Assembly (NCBI GenBank): GCA_003971905.1
Contig: RSEE01000001.1
Location: 310,001 to 374,000 of the forward strand
DNA: 64,000 bases
Direction of reading: 5' to 3'
From: Moniliella sp. 'wahieum'
Lineage: Eukaryota
The notes below the pieces were generated by a model. It was given only the letters and a program-made list of their open reading frames with translations, did not search any database and was not told the origin of the DNA. The first letter of the stretch is position 1. Each line of letters begins with the position of its first letter. Made by a program: the position numbers and the translations under genes. Below, one piece after another: positions 61,501 to 64,000 of this stretch.

Positions 61501-64000
61501 CGGGTTTGACGGGCCGGCACGGACGTTGGTGCAGCCGTTGGCGGGCGTGTTGGGCGATGCCAAGGCCCCGGTTCGGTCCGCTGCGCTGGACGCTCTGATG
61601 GCCATCGCCGAAGCGGTCGGCATTTCTCATCTCCTGCCCGGCTTGGTGGGCGCGGTAGAGGCCAAGGGCGCCAACCCCATGCTCAAGCAGGAGGTCTTCT
61701 CCTTCCTGGCCGCTTGGTTTGACGCGCACGATCCTGCCTCCGATCGGAGCTTGGACCTTGGGCCTCTCGCGTTCCCTGCCGTGCTGGGCTTGGATGACAA
61801 GAGCGCTCCGCTCCGTAAGGCCCAGGCAGTGCTGCCCTATGTCATTGCCAAGGCCGGGTGGAAGATGGTGTCAGCGCAGACCGACTCGCTCAAAGCTTCC
61901 CGCAACACGGTTCTGCCCCTGCTGGAACAGGCGCGGGCCAAAGCCAAGGCCAGTGCTCCTGCTTCGGCCCTGCGCCTGCGCCGCTGCTCCTGCTCCTGCT
62001 GCCGCTGCCGCCAAGAAGCCCACCGCGAGCCTTGCCCGTGCCCCGAGCAAAGTGGTGCCGCAGAGCGCGACGGCCCGTGCGCCAGCCCCTTGGCTCAAGC
62101 TCCCTCTGCAACAACCAACGTGGCGGCTCCCATGCGCGTAGGCGGGGCTCCCCGCCCCGCGAGCTGGGGCGACCGGCTTGAAAGCGCCTACGAGCGGTGT
62201 CTCGCTCGTTGCGTGCCCCGCCACTCGTCCCAGCTCGGCCGCCAGTGGGATTGCGCGCGGCACGAGTCTTCGCCATCCGGGCGTGCCGGCGGCTGCGCGC
62301 GCGGCGACCCCCGCGGAAGAAGAGGGGAGAGCGAGCGACGTGGCTGTGCTCACGTCCGATGGGAAGTTCAAGTTGGCCAGGGAAAAGAAGGATGCGCGGT
62401 TGCCCCATCCGTGGATTGGGGCGGACTTGGTGTTGCGTCCCGACACGGCGGCGGCGCTGCAAGCGCTCTGCGAGCCCCAACCCCCGCCATCCTGGACGCC
62501 ATGTTCTCCCGCGACCACTCGCCCGAGCGGGACTACCTCGCTGCATTGACCACCCTGATCGATCTCTTTGCGCCTCTGACCAGCGCTGGGGCCGAGACGG
62601 AGGGTGCGCTGGACCGGGAGGAGCTGCTGGCGGCTGGTGGCCAACTGGGATTGCTCGCCAAGTATGCTACGCTGCGTCTGGCCGAGGGGGGCACGTCGGT
62701 GGGACTCAAGTGCCTCGAGTTGCTGGATGAGTTGGTGGATGGGCGAAAGACGGCGGACCGGCACTTGTCTGAGGCCGAGGCGGTGATCTTGGTGCCCACT
62801 CTGATGGAAGTTTGGCGATGCCAAGGCGACGTTCCGAGACCGGGTGCGTGCGATTGCGCGCGCCCTGCCGGCAGTCTACCCGGCGTCCAAGTTGGTGGCA
62901 CGCTACATGGACGATGGGTTGGGATCGAAGAATTCGCGCACGAGGAGCGAGTGCCTGACGGAGGTAGCCTACCTGGTCAACAAGTACGGCCCGCATGTCG
63001 TCGCACCGGCGCGCAACTTGCCCATTGTGGCTAAGCAGACGGGAGACGGGATACTGCCGTCCGGCATGCCGCCCTCGCCGTGCTCGCCGAGGCTTTCAAG
63101 GTGCTTGGCGATGAGATTTACAAGTAACACTTCCAACCTCCCGCCCAAGGAAAGGGGGATGGTGGAGGAGCGACTGAAGCGCGTCCCGGCTCCCAGCAAA
63201 CGGCGAGAAAGTGGCCGGTGTCGCCCGTGCGGCCGCGGCCCCCGTGACCAGCAATGGCACGTCTCGCTCTGCGCTGCCGCCTCCCTCCCGCCTCGCGCGA
63301 CCGTCCATGCTTCCGGGTGCCGGGGGGTCAGGCCTGCCTCGTGCCGGCTCGCGCGCCTCTGCCTTACCGCGGCCCAGCTCCGCCGCGGCGCGGAGACCTT
63401 TGCTTCCTCTTCGGAAGGGGAGGAACGGGAGGTGGGGAGAAGCACCAGCCCGCCCACGGGCTTGCCCCGCCCAGGATCCGGGTTGGCACGCCCCAGCTCG
63501 CGCTCTGGCCTCGCTCGTCCTTCCTCTGGTCTTGCCCGGCCTGGCTCGAGCCTGGCTCGGCCGCCTTCTTCCTTTGGCCAGGCTCTTACGCACACCGAGA
63601 CGGATCTGGACCACTGGCTGACGCAGGCGTTGAGCCCCGACCCGCTACTGCAGTGAATGCGCTCAAGGAAGTGCAGGATGCCATTACGCGGAACGACGAA
63701 ACGGTGAGCCGGATGGCGGATCGGGTGCTGGGCGTCTTACGCAACAAGTACACTCGGCCTTCTCGGTGGCAGACGAGCCTCCGGAACTGAGCCAAGCTGC
63801 GCACCCAGCTTGTCCTGACGGTGGGCACTTTCTTCTCCCCGGAGCACCGGGGCGCAGAGGGCCACCCGTTCGCCTGGTCCATCTCGACCGATACGTTCCA
63901 GGCGGCTTTGACTGAGCTGATCCAGCGTTTGATGTTGGCCAACTCGGTTGATGCTAATGATCCGCTCCGCACGTACACCCGACCGCTCAACAGTGTTGTC
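58560..64000 (+). CDS. Stu2/Dis1/XMAP215 TOG-domain microtubule polymerase (runs off the window end)
   Basis: TOG starts LPERLASKVWKAR..AY, KWSERRDAL, SKAWKERLEG and WKERKAALE; DSNAVAQEKA; GWKESNFQV; KNSRTRSECL. Confidence 0.93.

Noticed and set aside
931..64000. Widespread pseudogenisation or programmed frameshifting
   Set aside because: Frameshifts hit nearly all genes, including conserved housekeeping ones (RPL24, HIS7, Stu2, Pan1), while the protein motifs remain intact. Assembly indel error is the simplest explanation.

Overview
GC-rich eukaryotic DNA, most likely from a basidiomycete fungus (short GT-AG introns with CTAAC-type branch points, fungal housekeeping genes). Almost every gene is broken by single-base frameshifts, including eIF3i's neighbours RPL24 and HIS7. 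This points to indel errors in the assembly rather than true pseudogenes, so CDS boundaries are approximate. Recognisable genes in order: Kin4-like kinase, chitin synthase, Ariadne RBR E3 ligase, GH5 exo-glucanase, C2H2 factor, HIS7, HAD-like protein, Pan1, holocytochrome c synthase, RPL24, NDUFAF6-like protein, eIF3i, a bacterial YohF-like SDR (HGT candidate), bZIP-DUF3425 factor, AVT amino-acid transporter, Rpn4-like C2H2 factor and a Stu2/XMAP215 TOG protein (truncated by the window end). Three copies of a CRE/Cnl1-like RLE non-LTR retrotransposon are present (one fairly complete, two decayed), sharing a conserved and probably structured 3' tail. The most striking unexplained signal is a family of intergenic 7-bp-phased arrays of the form (T[G/C]A + 4-bp, usually palindromic, core)n. 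The core changes between and within arrays while the 7-bp register is kept. These arrays cluster upstream of genes and at the borders of repeat-derived islands.
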